64,000 bases of DNA from Alteromonas sp. (GTDB lineage: Bacteria; Pseudomonadota; Gammaproteobacteria; Enterobacterales; Alteromonadaceae), in NCBI GenBank assembly GCA_964230255.1, contig CAXRGW010000040.1, forward strand, positions 24,329-88,328, written 5' to 3'. The position numbers and the translations under genes were made by a program. This document shows positions 21,139 through 31,553 of this stretch, one piece after another (the stretch's first letter is position 1; each line of letters begins with the position of its first letter). A model generated the notes under the pieces. The model saw only the letters and a list, made by a program, of their open reading frames with translations, did no database searches and was not told the DNA's origin.

Positions 21139-23175
21139 GTGCCGCAAAGTTACGCCAAAGTTCAATTCAACGAAAATGGAACCCCCATCGCCGAGCATTT
21201 TGACGATGTTTACTTTTCCAAGGACGATGCCGAGGCCGAAACTCGTTACGTGTTTATTGCCAATAATCAATTGCCACAGCGTTGGGAAAATTGGCGATCG
21301 CGCATCTTCACTATCGGTGAAACAGGTTTTGGTACGGGATTGAACTTCCTCGTTGCAGCACAAGCTCTGATCGAATTTAAGCAACGTTTTCCACAAAACG
21401 GACTCTACCATTTGCATTTTATTTCGACGGAAAAGTATCCATTACCTCAGGAAGATTGGCAGCAAGCGCTTCAACCTTTTCAGAATCTGGCGCTTTGCAC
21501 AGAACTAACTGCGATCAAAGTTTATCCTGTTACCGGCTGTCAGCGCTTTGACTTCAGTTATCAAGACATACAGTTCACTCTCGACCTCTGGATTGGCGAC
21601 GTTTTGGATCAACTACCTAATATCCAGTTTGAACAAGCGGGGCCTGTAGATGCGTGGTTCTTAGACGGGTTCGCTCCCAGTAAGAACCCTGATATGTGGC
21701 AACCTGAACTATTTACAGAGATGGCGCGGCTCAGTCACTCGACAACGACTTTTGCAACTTTCACTGCAGCAGGCTTTGTTAAACGCGCTCTGCAAGCGGC
21801 AGATTTCAAAGTTGAAAAGCGTCCAGGTTTTGGACGCAAGCGCGATATGTTAGCAGGACAATACCGCGTTCCCCTAGTATCAAATTCGATGCTTAAAACG
21901 CCTTATCTCAAGCGTGCACCGGCAAATGTTGGCGACTGTTCAACGCCCAATATTGCGATTATTGGCGGTGGCATTGCAGCTGCGTGTTCGGCTTATGCAT
22001 TGAGCAGACGCGGTTCCAACGTTACAGTGTTCACTCAGGCCATGCAGCTGGCAGATGCAGCGTCTGGCAACCCCCAAGCCGCAGTTTACCCGCAACTCAA
22101 TGCTCAGCCCAGCTACCTGAGCCAAATTCAGGTGGCCAGTTTTGCTTATTGTAAGCAGTTTTATACTGGCTTAGCTAAACGCGGAGCAAACTACCAACAC
22201 GATTGGTGTGGGGTATTGCAAGTTGGCTTTTCTGACACTGTTCAACAGCGCCAGCAAAAACTAATTGGCAACAACATCTGGCCAAATAGCCTGATATATC
22301 CCATCAATAGACACCAAGCTGCCAGGCTAGCAGGTGTCGAAATACCTTATGAAGGGTTATTTATTCCTGATGCGGGTTGGGTAGTGCCCGCCGACGTCGT
22401 GCGCGCCACGTTGGATGCCGCTAGTCAGCTTTCAATTGTCAATGTGAAATATGGTACCTGTATTACTGAAGTTACTCATACTGATGTTGACGGAGTTAAT
22501 ATTAGGCTGCAAACGAGTGCGGGAATGGAACAGCAACACTTTGATGCCGTAGTTTTTGCCACCGGACATTACAGTCGGCAATTGCCAATATTAGACCAAA
22601 TTCCGATGTCCTTAACCCGTGGTCAAGTAGAATCAATCAACACTCAAGTACCTCTACCAGAGTTGCACACCGTATTGTGTCACAAAGGCTATCTAACGCC
22701 GCAGCTCAACGGTCGGCACGCTCTGGGTTCAACCTACGTTAAACAAGACACGAGTAGTGAGTATCGTGCAGCTGAAAGTGCACTGAACCTTGCTACTCAG
22801 GCAAAGTCACTGGCGGCTTGCGATTGGGCTCAAGTGCTTAACCACGATAATGTCGGTAGAGCTTCAGTACGTTGCTCCACACCGGATCATTTACCGCTTG
22901 TCGGCGCTATACCGAACTGCGAGAAGCAGCAACAGCAGTACATAGGTTTCATGGAAAAACGTCGGCGTGAATTACCCCAACACCCAGCTGTTTATGCAAA
23001 TACTTTCGTGTTGACTGGATTGGGTTCACGTGGTTTTACTACCGCGCCATTAATGGCTGAAATACTTGCCAGTCAGATGTTCGCAGAGGCAGCGCCATTA
23101 AGTCGAGACTTATTGGCTGCTATTAACCCCAACCGCTTTTTACTGCGGAGCTTAAAACGCAGCGAGAGTGAATAA
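21139..23175 (+). CDS. mnmC: Bifunctional tRNA mnm5s2U34 biosynthesis protein
   Basis: FDDVYFS, ETGFGTGLNF, WFLDGFAP, GGGIAA, GLGSRG; divergent from fabB. Confidence 0.96.
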   Translation: MPQSYAKVQFNENGTPIAEHFDDVYFSKDDAEAETRYVFIANNQLPQRWENWRSRIFTIGETGFGTGLNFLVAAQALIEFKQRFPQNGLYHLHFISTEKYPLPQEDWQQALQPFQNLALCTELTAIKVYPVTGCQRFDFSYQDIQFTLDLWIGDVLDQLPNIQFEQAGPVDAWFLDGFAPSKNPDMWQPELFTEMARLSHSTTTFATFTAAGFVKRALQAADFKVEKRPGFGRKRDMLAGQYRVPLVSNSMLKTPYLKRAPANVGDCSTPNIAIIGGGIAAACSAYALSRRGSNVTVFTQAMQLADAASGNPQAAVYPQLNAQPSYLSQIQVASFAYCKQFYTGLAKRGANYQHDWCGVLQVGFSDTVQQRQQKLIGNNIWPNSLIYPINRHQAARLAGVEIPYEGLFIPDAGWVVPADVVRATLDAASQLSIVNVKYGTCITEVTHTDVDGVNIRLQTSAGMEQQHFDAVVFATGHYSRQLPILDQIPMSLTRGQVESINTQVPLPELHTVLCHKGYLTPQLNGRHALGSTYVKQDTSSEYRAAESALNLATQAKSLAACDWAQVLNHDNVGRASVRCSTPDHLPLVGAIPNCEKQQQQYIGFMEKRRRELPQHPAVYANTFVLTGLGSRGFTTAPLMAEILASQMFAEAAPLSRDLLAAINPNRFLLRSLKRSESE

Positions 23176-23180
23176 ACGGC

Positions 23181-23933
23181 CTATCTTTGGGAGAGATATG
23201 GGTCTATTTCGGCAACAATAAAATCGGGGATCATAACATTTGCAGAAGCCACCACTCGCCTTGTTTCCAGCTCAACGATCCTAGCGTTTACTGATACACC
23301 CTGACTGCGATAAATCAACGTGCCGGTGAGTATATGATCCATTGCGAGTTGATCAACAAGACGTTCGGCATCGCGACTCAAGGCGAAATCTCCGCGAGGG
23401 CCGACTTCAATCGACTCGGTAACCTTAAAGTCAACGACGCTCACTCCGAACTGCTGTATTTCCCCAATAAAGTATTCCGAGAGTTGGTTGCCAACAGGGT
23501 TAGAGTTAGTCAATTCATCGTCAAAATTGACAAATGATACAACGCCGATCAAGTCGTCTGGGTTGAGTCGAATAGCGCGATCGATCAACGACATTGCCAG
23601 TTGTGAAGCATAGTCCCTGAGGCTTTTGTGAGTGCGGTCTGTCTCATAAAGTGTTGATATTCGGTCGCGCATTGACGTATCGATCATTCGAGTTTGCTCA
23701 CCAGCTTCTCTGCGCTTTTCTATCACCATATCACGCGAGTCGGGACGATAACGTTCTGCTAATGTCTCAGGTAATGGCGGCGCTTCAAAATCAGGTTGGT
23801 TGCGTTCGCGATTGCCGGGCGTTTTGGCGTGTTCTGCGGGTTGAAGCCATTGATCAATAGTTTCTGTAACCGCGCAGCCGGTGACTGTAATTAATGCACT
23901 CGCGAAAACTAACCCCGGTAGCAATTTAGCCAT
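23181..23933 (-). CDS. FlgO-family outer membrane lipoprotein (copy 3)
   Basis: Lipobox VTGC; GDFALSRD, LTGT, VNARIV, VVASA. Confidence 0.82.
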   Translation of the reverse strand: MAKLLPGLVFASALITVTGCAVTETIDQWLQPAEHAKTPGNRERNQPDFEAPPLPETLAERYRPDSRDMVIEKRREAGEQTRMIDTSMRDRISTLYETDRTHKSLRDYASQLAMSLIDRAIRLNPDDLIGVVSFVNFDDELTNSNPVGNQLSEYFIGEIQQFGVSVVDFKVTESIEVGPRGDFALSRDAERLVDQLAMDHILTGTLIYRSQGVSVNARIVELETRRVVASANVMIPDFIVAEIDPYLSQR

Positions 23934-23936
23934 AAA

Positions 23937-24695
23937 TTAGCCCCTTGTTAAACGCACGCCATCACGCATTTCATCCGATTTGCGCTCGCTGGGAATCAAT
24001 GCGTCTACGACGTAAAACGGTATCAGTGCTTGAGCACTGGCTACTACGGCTTTCGAATTTAAGCCGAGTATCCGAGCATTGACTAAATATCCACCTTGGT
24101 GCTTGGTCAACGTACCGGTTAAAACATACTCCATCGGTAAGTTCGCGCTTAACTCCAGATAATCACGGGTCAGAATGAAATCGCCGCTATCAGTCACACG
24201 AATGTAGTCGGTGGCTTTATAGTCAAGTACAGGAATACGGAACTTGTGTAGCTCATGCACAAAAGATTCAGCCATCTGGTGACCAAGTAAGTTGGTCTCT
24301 TGTAAGTTACTATCAAGCAAAGAGAAATGTGTCACCGCTACTGGTGTTTGCGTGTTCACATATTCCATATTGCTAATTAAATCTTGGGTAAGATTCTTAA
24401 CATAATCGCCGACATGCTTTGCCAGCGGGCGGCCTTTGTATGCGCCCTGCACGCTCGAATATTGTGGCGGTTGTCCAAATGCACCAAAATTATCGGCTTG
24501 GGCATTGTCGCGGCTTTGTTGCGGCTCTTCAGGTAATGGGTCTGCACCAGTAATATCGATTATTTGCATGATTGGTGACGTATCATCAACCGGCTGCATT
24601 GTTACATTTTGCTGCTCATATTCAAACATAGCGCAGCCCGACAACCAAGCGCTTAGCAACAGGGGTGTTAACATCATTTGCGTGGTTTTTTTCAT
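23937..24695 (-). CDS. FlgO-family outer membrane lipoprotein (copy 2)
   Basis: Lipobox LSGC; LLGHQMAESF, GDFILTRD, VLTGT, LVNARI. Confidence 0.85.
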   Translation of the reverse strand: MKKTTQMMLTPLLLSAWLSGCAMFEYEQQNVTMQPVDDTSPIMQIIDITGADPLPEEPQQSRDNAQADNFGAFGQPPQYSSVQGAYKGRPLAKHVGDYVKNLTQDLISNMEYVNTQTPVAVTHFSLLDSNLQETNLLGHQMAESFVHELHKFRIPVLDYKATDYIRVTDSGDFILTRDYLELSANLPMEYVLTGTLTKHQGGYLVNARILGLNSKAVVASAQALIPFYVVDALIPSERKSDEMRDGVRLTRG

Positions 24696-24727
24696 GTCAT
24701 TACCGTTTGTAAAAATTAAAAGTTGCG

Positions 24728-25354
24728 TTACAGATCAGCACTCGTTCTGTAGAGTTTGCCATTGCGCGACGTTATTTGTTCCCTCTGCCAGAACAATTCC
24801 GCAGGAAAGAACCGCGTCGCTGCAGCTACTACTTCTTTGTTTCGCGCGTTAATGATTCGAGCATTCACTATCGCACCTTCCTGTTGATACACTAAAGTAC
24901 CGGTAATATAGAAATCAATTGCCTCAAGGCCAGGAAGCTTTTCAACGTCGCGAGTAAACACTCGATCAGATGTAGCATTAATCATTATATCGTTTGAAAT
25001 CTTAAACTCTTGAGTCGTATAGCCGCGACGCGCGAATTCAGTCATAAGGCCTTGCTCGAGTTGATGGCCCAATAACATTAACGGGTGCTGTTGACTTGCG
25101 TCATATTGCATCGAGTCTACTGGTACAAAACCAACAACTGCATAACGCGCATTGCGATTGCCACGGTAGCTGCTAAACAGCTCATTGGCCAATTTATGGG
25201 TATGTAATTCGACATTGCCCAGCGCAGACGAGGGGGTTGACTGCGCTTGTTGTACTTGTTGGATATCCGCGGTTTGCGAGCACCCCATGAGCATATAACT
25301 CATTAAGCATGCCACGAGCATGTATATGCGTACACGCGTTGTTAATATTGTCAT
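24728..25354 (-). CDS. FlgO-family outer membrane lipoprotein (copy 1)
   Basis: Lipobox LMGC; LLGHQLEQG, FTRD, ITGT, IVNARII. Confidence 0.82.
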   Translation of the reverse strand: MTILTTRVRIYMLVACLMSYMLMGCSQTADIQQVQQAQSTPSSALGNVELHTHKLANELFSSYRGNRNARYAVVGFVPVDSMQYDASQQHPLMLLGHQLEQGLMTEFARRGYTTQEFKISNDIMINATSDRVFTRDVEKLPGLEAIDFYITGTLVYQQEGAIVNARIINARNKEVVAAATRFFPAELFWQREQITSRNGKLYRTSADL

Positions 25355-25397
25355 GGCCCGTTTCTCTTTGTAGATAAGTCATTTTCAAGCTAAATTG

Positions 25398-25414
25398 TGC
25401 AAGAATCTCGCCAA
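25398..25414 (-). promoter_or_regulatory. sigma54 promoter of the FlgO-like triplet
   Basis: TTGGCGAGATTCTTGCA = GG-N10-GC, about 43 nt before the first ATG. Confidence 0.7.
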
Positions 25415-25495
25415 CTAATTGATTTATTCAACACAGGGCCTTACGGCGATAAAATTGATACTAAGTGACTGGTAAGTGGCAATGGGTTGCCGCAT

Positions 25496-25774
25496 TTAAC
25501 TCTGTAATGCCACCAAAGATTGCCAAAGTGCGTAAACCTGTTGCTGATCATTGGCCTCTAACTCAGCATTTGCAAATGCATTACTCAAGCTTTGCCGCAT
25601 AACAGTGTCCAGCGCAGCAATTGTTGGTTCTGTGGATTTCTCGATTTGACTAACTACTACATCGAAATGGCCGTGTAAGTAGCTGGCAATGAATAATGCT
25701 TGGTCGTCACCGGTGTCGACAACCGAGTGTAATTTCTGTTCCATGTGGTTGATTTTATCGAAAAACCCAGTCAC
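25496..25774 (-). CDS. yfcL: YfcL-family protein
   Basis: DDQALFIASYLHGH and EL...DQ..V..LW; conserved order with mnmC and epmC. Confidence 0.85.
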   Translation of the reverse strand: MTGFFDKINHMEQKLHSVVDTGDDQALFIASYLHGHFDVVVSQIEKSTEPTIAALDTVMRQSLSNAFANAELEANDQQQVYALWQSLVALQS

Positions 25775-26925
25775 GCTTTGGTTTCCTCGCTAATTAAGTC
25801 TGAAATTGGATAAAGCACGGCATCGTGATATCCGGTAACTACTGTCATACTGCCACTGAGCATCGCATCGAGAGCAGGATCACTAGTATCGACCACCAAA
25901 GGGCGCTTTTCTAAGGCCTGAAGTTTGGTTTTACTTGCCATTACAACAATATTTTCACGGCCTGCATGGCGAATCAGCTCCGGACTAATTTGCTGATTCC
26001 CGCGTCCAAAAATGTGCCCTTGACCGCCGATGGTTGTCACAACGATTTTTACCGGCTTACCCTGGCAATGAGACAAAAGCTCATCCGCACTTAAGTCAGC
26101 GGCAATCACTTTCCCCTGATAAACTAAATCGACACCAAGTAACGTGCTATCCAAATCAATTGCTTGCATTGCCCCCTGTATCGTCGAGCCAGAACCAATG
26201 ACAAACATTGTGTCGTCATATTCGTCAAACAGTTCAATTAAGTGGTCACCCATATCTTGTAACAACAACTCATCACTTTCTTTGCCACCCATTTTGACCG
26301 CCTGAATATAACGCAACTCCTCAGGCACCTGCATTTCACCGACATGCTTAGCAATTACAACGCCTTCGCGAAATGCACTTTCATCAATGTCTCGCACTTC
26401 CGCACTGCGCACAGTGACTAACTCGCCTCGAATCATCATGGCTAGCACTTTGCCGGCGGTATTTGGCGACACGGCATAAACGCCCGAATGAATTTTACAG
26501 CCAGCGGGAATACCCAGTACAGGTAGGTTATCGCGGACAATATTGTAGATATCAGTTGCGGTGCCATCGCCGCCCGCAAATACCAATGCGTCGAGCTGCT
26601 GGTCGAGCATGATTCTCGCCGCATTCTGCGTATCGACAGCTTCAGTTTGTTGCGCTTGGGGCGCATAGATCACATCTACCTCAAACCCTAATTCTAGAGC
26701 AGTTGAAGCGCCCATTTCTCCCGCGACTGTAACTATCGTGCAGTGCTGTTTTAAGGCTTGAATGTGGGCCAATGCTCGCACAGTTTTCTCGTTGGCTAAC
26801 TTTTTTGCACCTTTGGCCAAGGCTTGTTGGCGCGTGTCAGGGCCATCACTGCCTTTTAGTCCAGTAGCCCCTCCAATGCCAGCATACGGGTTGACAATTA
26901 GGCCTAATCGAAACTTACGCTGCAT
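25771..26925 (-). CDS. ATP-NAD/AcoX kinase-family protein
   Basis: VNPYAGIGG, LKGSDG, GGDGTA, GRGNQQIS. Confidence 0.88.
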   Translation of the reverse strand: MQRKFRLGLIVNPYAGIGGATGLKGSDGPDTRQQALAKGAKKLANEKTVRALAHIQALKQHCTIVTVAGEMGASTALELGFEVDVIYAPQAQQTEAVDTQNAARIMLDQQLDALVFAGGDGTATDIYNIVRDNLPVLGIPAGCKIHSGVYAVSPNTAGKVLAMMIRGELVTVRSAEVRDIDESAFREGVVIAKHVGEMQVPEELRYIQAVKMGGKESDELLLQDMGDHLIELFDEYDDTMFVIGSGSTIQGAMQAIDLDSTLLGVDLVYQGKVIAADLSADELLSHCQGKPVKIVVTTIGGQGHIFGRGNQQISPELIRHAGRENIVVMASKTKLQALEKRPLVVDTSDPALDAMLSGSMTVVTGYHDAVLYPISDLISEETKA

Positions 26926-27499
26926 TACTCAGATCCTTACTCAACGTTAGGCAACGTTGCAGTGTTAGTTGTGGTGTTTGGTAATGCTCGCGCAAAACAT
27001 TGATAAAATGTGCACCGCGTGACGGAAAGTCGGTCGAACAATAAGTTTGCAACTGCGCATATACACATTGAGCAAACGCGTGGCGATCAGGCTGTACACC
27101 ATTTAAATTATCTGTACTTACGCCAAACTGACGTCCCGCAGCAACACTAAAGGCCCACTCTAGCGCTTGAGGCTTAACTTCTACTTTTTCGAAACTCGCT
27201 TGCTGCTGCGCATCACGACCATCTGGACAATACCAATAGCCGTAATCCACTAATCCGCGACGTTGCTCTCCAGCAATACACCAATGCGCTATTTCATGTA
27301 GAGCGCTGGTGTAATAACCGTGTGCAAATATTACTCGGTTGTATTCGCAAGTCTTATCGGCAGGCAGATAAATAGGCTCATCAGTGCCTCTTACCAATCG
27401 CGTATTAGAGGCTTGAAACGCGCCATTAAATAAAGCGATCAACTGATCAACTTGTTGCTGTTCATTGGTGTTAGCCCTTTGGCTGCTAATCTTGCTCAT
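26915..27499 (-). CDS. epmC: Elongation factor P hydroxylase
   Basis: EPIYLPA, FAHGY, SALHEIAHW, DYGYWYCPDGR, VEVKPQALEW. Confidence 0.95.
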   Translation of the reverse strand: MSKISSQRANTNEQQQVDQLIALFNGAFQASNTRLVRGTDEPIYLPADKTCEYNRVIFAHGYYTSALHEIAHWCIAGEQRRGLVDYGYWYCPDGRDAQQQASFEKVEVKPQALEWAFSVAAGRQFGVSTDNLNGVQPDRHAFAQCVYAQLQTYCSTDFPSRGAHFINVLREHYQTPQLTLQRCLTLSKDLSNAA

Positions 27500-27614
27500 T
27501 GTTACTACCGAGTTTGAATTGCGGCGCAGTTTAACAGAAACTTCACGTAGCTTGTAATGCTGTTCAACTTACGACAATCTATCGGTAATTGAGATTGAGA
27601 AAAACACTATTTTT

Positions 27615-28355
27615 ATGGCTATAAACGCTGATCAGATTATTCAGCATATCTACACGGTTAACGCGCGTCGTGATTTAGCGCTAAAAATGAATCGGCTAGA
27701 TTCAATTCAAGCATTACAAGAATGGCAGTGTCGGCGTTTGCTCATTACGCATCAAGACCTTAATTCGCAACCCCAATTCGCTGATGCTATGCGTTTTTTT
27801 GTTGACGAACTTTATGGTCCAAAGGATTTCAGTCAACGCGATAAGGATTTAACTCGCGTAATTCCCAAATTGGCTGCTGTTTTGCCCGAAAAAGCATTGC
27901 GCGCTCTCGACGATGCATTACGCTTAAACGCACTCTCTTTTAACTTAGATTCAGCCATGGTCGAGGTATTGCTGTCTATACTAGGGACAGACCGTTTACA
28001 AACATCAGCCATCACTGCTGACTTGTATGCACAAGCCTACCGTCATGTTGAACGCCAAACCGATCGAGCGGAGCAAATTGCAATTGTTGAACAATTAGGC
28101 ATTCAATTAGCTGATGTAGTGCATGTTCGCGGCATTAACTTGCTTATCAAGATGGCGCGCAAGCCAGCAGAAATAGCCGGTGTGTTGACACTTCACGAAT
28201 TCTTAGCAGAAGGTTTTGCAGCATTTAAACAATTGGGTGATGTGCGCCTATTTCTCGACCCGATCATCAGTCGAGAAACAGCGATCATGCAAGCTCTGCT
28301 AGCGAGTGACTTCGACATGAAATATAACCCTTTGCCACAAGAGTTAAGCGCATGA
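27615..28355 (+). CDS. FFLEELY-motif uncharacterised protein
   Basis: WQCRRL, FFVDELYGPKDFSQRD, FLAEGFAAF. Confidence 0.75.
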   Translation: MAINADQIIQHIYTVNARRDLALKMNRLDSIQALQEWQCRRLLITHQDLNSQPQFADAMRFFVDELYGPKDFSQRDKDLTRVIPKLAAVLPEKALRALDDALRLNALSFNLDSAMVEVLLSILGTDRLQTSAITADLYAQAYRHVERQTDRAEQIAIVEQLGIQLADVVHVRGINLLIKMARKPAEIAGVLTLHEFLAEGFAAFKQLGDVRLFLDPIISRETAIMQALLASDFDMKYNPLPQELSA

Positions 28356-28807
28356 CCGACCTAAACTGGCAATTACCCACTCCTTTTATTCAGGCCTGGG
28401 CAATTGATGATACCGTCATTGACCATTATGGGCACGTCAATAACGTTGCTTATATTAGTCAACTTGAGCGTCTCGCATGGGCACATAGTAATGCATTGGG
28501 CTTGACGATAGATCAATACAAGGCGTTAGACCGCGGCATGGCTATTAGGCGTCATGAAGTTGATTACTTACTGGCGTGTCACGAAGGACACACTATTGCC
28601 TGCGCAACGTGGATTGTTGGTTGCGATAAGCGCTTAAATCTTACGCGTCAATTTCAGTTTATTTGTACTGCGCGCAAAAAGACTGTGTTTCAAGCTCACA
28701 CCGAGTTTGTGTGTATTGCACTTAGCAGCGGTCTGCCGAAACGCATGCCAGAAGTGTTTAGCAAAACTTATGGCGATGCATTATTGTCTATTGCAGATTC
28801 AGCGTAA
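28352..28807 (+). CDS. Acyl-CoA thioesterase (hotdog fold)
   Basis: IDHYGHVNNVAY; start overlaps the upstream stop. Confidence 0.9.
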   Translation: MTDLNWQLPTPFIQAWAIDDTVIDHYGHVNNVAYISQLERLAWAHSNALGLTIDQYKALDRGMAIRRHEVDYLLACHEGHTIACATWIVGCDKRLNLTRQFQFICTARKKTVFQAHTEFVCIALSSGLPKRMPEVFSKTYGDALLSIADSA

Positions 28808-28819
28808 CGGAAACCGGCC

Positions 28820-29986
28820 ATGGCATTTCTAAAATACAAGGTTCCATGGTTATTATTAATCGCTTCATTGGCGGTAAACGCTTATTTGTGGCGTGAGTTA
28901 ACGGCGCCAGTTACTGCCGATTCTGAGCGGGTTATTCAGTCAGAACACTCTGAGAGTATCGTCCGCACGCAACCTCTTGTAGATTCATATGCGCCCCCAA
29001 TAACAACAGACGCCAGGACTGAGGAAGAGGCTTCAGCACCGCTCTCACAAAGCACTGATATTGATACATTGCGTGAGCTGCTGCGCGATGAAGATTGGCC
29101 GCAGTTAACGGTATACTTGCAAGAATTTCTGCGCGCCAACCCCGACAACAATGCAGCGCTTTTGATCGAAGCCGAGTTAGTTGCTCGCACTGAGCCTTTG
29201 GGTATGGCCCTCGTCAATTATTACGCGCTGTTGGAGATGCCCCTAGAGTTTGAAACACGCAAGGCAATTGAAGAAAAGATTCAGCAGTTGTTTGAAAATG
29301 CAACTGAACAATTGCGCTTCGATCGCGCGTGGGATTTGTTGGCTGAATTAATTGAGCCACTAATACAAATTGCGCCTGATGAGCGACGTTACCTTATTTT
29401 GCTAGCAGAGGCATATGCACAGCAAACCAATGAAGTACTCATGGAGAATGTACTGGCTGGGTTGCCTTATGACGACCCTGCAATCGCATCAATCCGTCAG
29501 ATATTGCAGCGGCAAATTGAACAGCCTGATGCTGATGAGCAGCTAGCTCAATTAGATACGTTTACCCGTCCTGATAAACAGTCCAATATTACTCGCATTC
29601 CACTCGATCGCATCGGCAATCAATATACGCTTGAATTGGGGTTTGACAATCGCCCTGTACGTTTGATGATTGATACTGGCGCATCAACAACAGCTGTGAC
29701 AACCCGCACTTGGTCTAGGTTAAGCTCCCGAGTAGCTTCTCAATTTATTGGTGTGTTTAAGGTCAATACTGCAGCTGGCTTTATACAAGCGCCAATGTTT
29801 ACAATTAAATCCATCAGCATGGGCCGACTGCAGTTTGAGGATGTTTCGGTAATGGTTATTCCATCTCGAATGATGGGAGATGATCCTGAGCGCTCACCAC
29901 AAGGCTTGCTGGGCATGAATATTCTCAGTCAATTTAACTTTCAAATTGACCAGCAAAACGCCACTCTGCTGCTAAGCCCGCGATGA
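28820..29986 (+). CDS. Membrane-anchored retropepsin-like aspartic protease with helical/TPR-like N-region
   Basis: N-terminal TM, LMIDTGAS, GLLGMNIL. Confidence 0.85.
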   Translation: MAFLKYKVPWLLLIASLAVNAYLWRELTAPVTADSERVIQSEHSESIVRTQPLVDSYAPPITTDARTEEEASAPLSQSTDIDTLRELLRDEDWPQLTVYLQEFLRANPDNNAALLIEAELVARTEPLGMALVNYYALLEMPLEFETRKAIEEKIQQLFENATEQLRFDRAWDLLAELIEPLIQIAPDERRYLILLAEAYAQQTNEVLMENVLAGLPYDDPAIASIRQILQRQIEQPDADEQLAQLDTFTRPDKQSNITRIPLDRIGNQYTLELGFDNRPVRLMIDTGASTTAVTTRTWSRLSSRVASQFIGVFKVNTAAGFIQAPMFTIKSISMGRLQFEDVSVMVIPSRMMGDDPERSPQGLLGMNILSQFNFQIDQQNATLLLSPR

Positions 29987-30203
29987 CTAGCGGCCGAAAA
30001 TTGTCAGGATAGCAGGGTATATCTCCACATTAATTCTACAATTAACCCTTTTGACTCCGTTGAATACATATCTATACTCATACCTACTCACAATCATACG
30101 TCTTTACTCTGCGTTTTACGGTGCTTCATACAGTGTCATATAGCGCTTGTAATGGGCGAAAAGCTCCAAACTCAACTGATATCAGACAAATTAAGGAACA
30201 CGA

Positions 30204-31505
30204 ATGAACAAGCCATTACTGGCAGTATTGATTTCAGCGTCCTCAACAGCGCTAGCATCTGGCCCAACAGCCAGTAATGGTGCAGGCTTGACCACGGGAC
30301 CATCTTCATCACCTTATTCACTAACAGTGAGTAAACACAATCCTGCGATGAACTCCTTTCTATTAAGTGAAGGAGAATCCATGCGGATGGGGTATTTTCC
30401 GTCATTTGGATTCGCTGTAGAGGCTGGACCGGTTGACAATTTCGCCGATGATTTAGAAGAGCTTGCCGATATTATTGACGACCCAAGTTCAACTGATGAA
30501 GATGCAAGTGCAATTTTAGACCGTTTTAATGACGTACTATTACGCGCTGGAGAAGACGGCTATGTGCGATTTGGCGGCCAAGCGCAATTGCCGATCACAC
30601 CGTGGTATTTTTATTCTGATACGTTCAAAGGAACTGTCGGTATCGACTTGTCTTTTGCCACTGTTGGCGGTTTGAGTATTCTTGATTCAGAATTGTCCTT
30701 CGACAATCAAAATGAATCCTTTAGCACAGCAACCTCTCTGTATATAAAATCAGGTGTTGAAGCGACGGTGGCAGTAAGCTACGGACGCGAAATTTATCGC
30801 CATAAGTGGGGTAACTTATACACGGGCATTAAAGTTAAGTACATTACCATCGACCTCAGTAAACAAGTACTCCCCATCGTTCAGCTCGCTAACGCTGAGC
30901 TCGGAGATTTGATCCGCGATGAATACGATCAAAATCAAAATCGCTCCAGTGACTTTGGTTTAGATGTGGGTTTTGTCTGGGATACATCAAGATATCGTCT
31001 CGGTTTGACGTTTGAAGACCTTAATGCCCCGGAATTTGAGTTTGGTGAAGTCGGTGTAAATTGTGAAGCTATCCCAGAAAACACCCCTTCACGATCAAAT
31101 TGTGAGGCTGCGCGTTTCTTTAGTGAAGTTCGCGGCGAAATAGCTCAACGGGAAGTACATACCAAAGATGTCAAGGCACGACTTGACGGTTTGGTCACTC
31201 CTGGGGGCGGAGTCTATTTTAGCGCAGCAATTGATTTGGCCGAATACAATGATTACGTCGGTGCTCAACATCAGTGGCTGCATGCTGGTATCGATTATCA
31301 AACTGACTGGCCGTTCTTATCCTCTTTGCGCGCCGGTTACCACGCTAATTTAGTCGGCTCGGAAATTTCCAGTGCGACACTTGGCTTTACCTTTTTTGAC
31401 AGTGTAAACCTTGACTTTGAATACGGTCTCGAAGATGTGGTTGTAGACGGCAGTACTGCGCCACGACGCTTTGGATTTGCACTGAGTATTGAAGAACAAT
31501 TTTAA
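30204..31505 (+). CDS. TraF-like outer membrane beta-barrel protein
   Basis: Signal peptide, HNPAM plug-like motif, FGLDVG, LRAGY, terminal Phe. Confidence 0.65.
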   Translation: MNKPLLAVLISASSTALASGPTASNGAGLTTGPSSSPYSLTVSKHNPAMNSFLLSEGESMRMGYFPSFGFAVEAGPVDNFADDLEELADIIDDPSSTDEDASAILDRFNDVLLRAGEDGYVRFGGQAQLPITPWYFYSDTFKGTVGIDLSFATVGGLSILDSELSFDNQNESFSTATSLYIKSGVEATVAVSYGREIYRHKWGNLYTGIKVKYITIDLSKQVLPIVQLANAELGDLIRDEYDQNQNRSSDFGLDVGFVWDTSRYRLGLTFEDLNAPEFEFGEVGVNCEAIPENTPSRSNCEAARFFSEVRGEIAQREVHTKDVKARLDGLVTPGGGVYFSAAIDLAEYNDYVGAQHQWLHAGIDYQTDWPFLSSLRAGYHANLVGSEISSATLGFTFFDSVNLDFEYGLEDVVVDGSTAPRRFGFALSIEEQF

Positions 31506-31553
31506 TTTGCGTTGAAGTATATGAACGCGAATGTTTAAACATGGAAAATTAAC

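Noticed and set aside
30080-30203. Riboswitch in the long leader of the TraF-like gene
   Set aside because: No recognisable aptamer motifs or stems.
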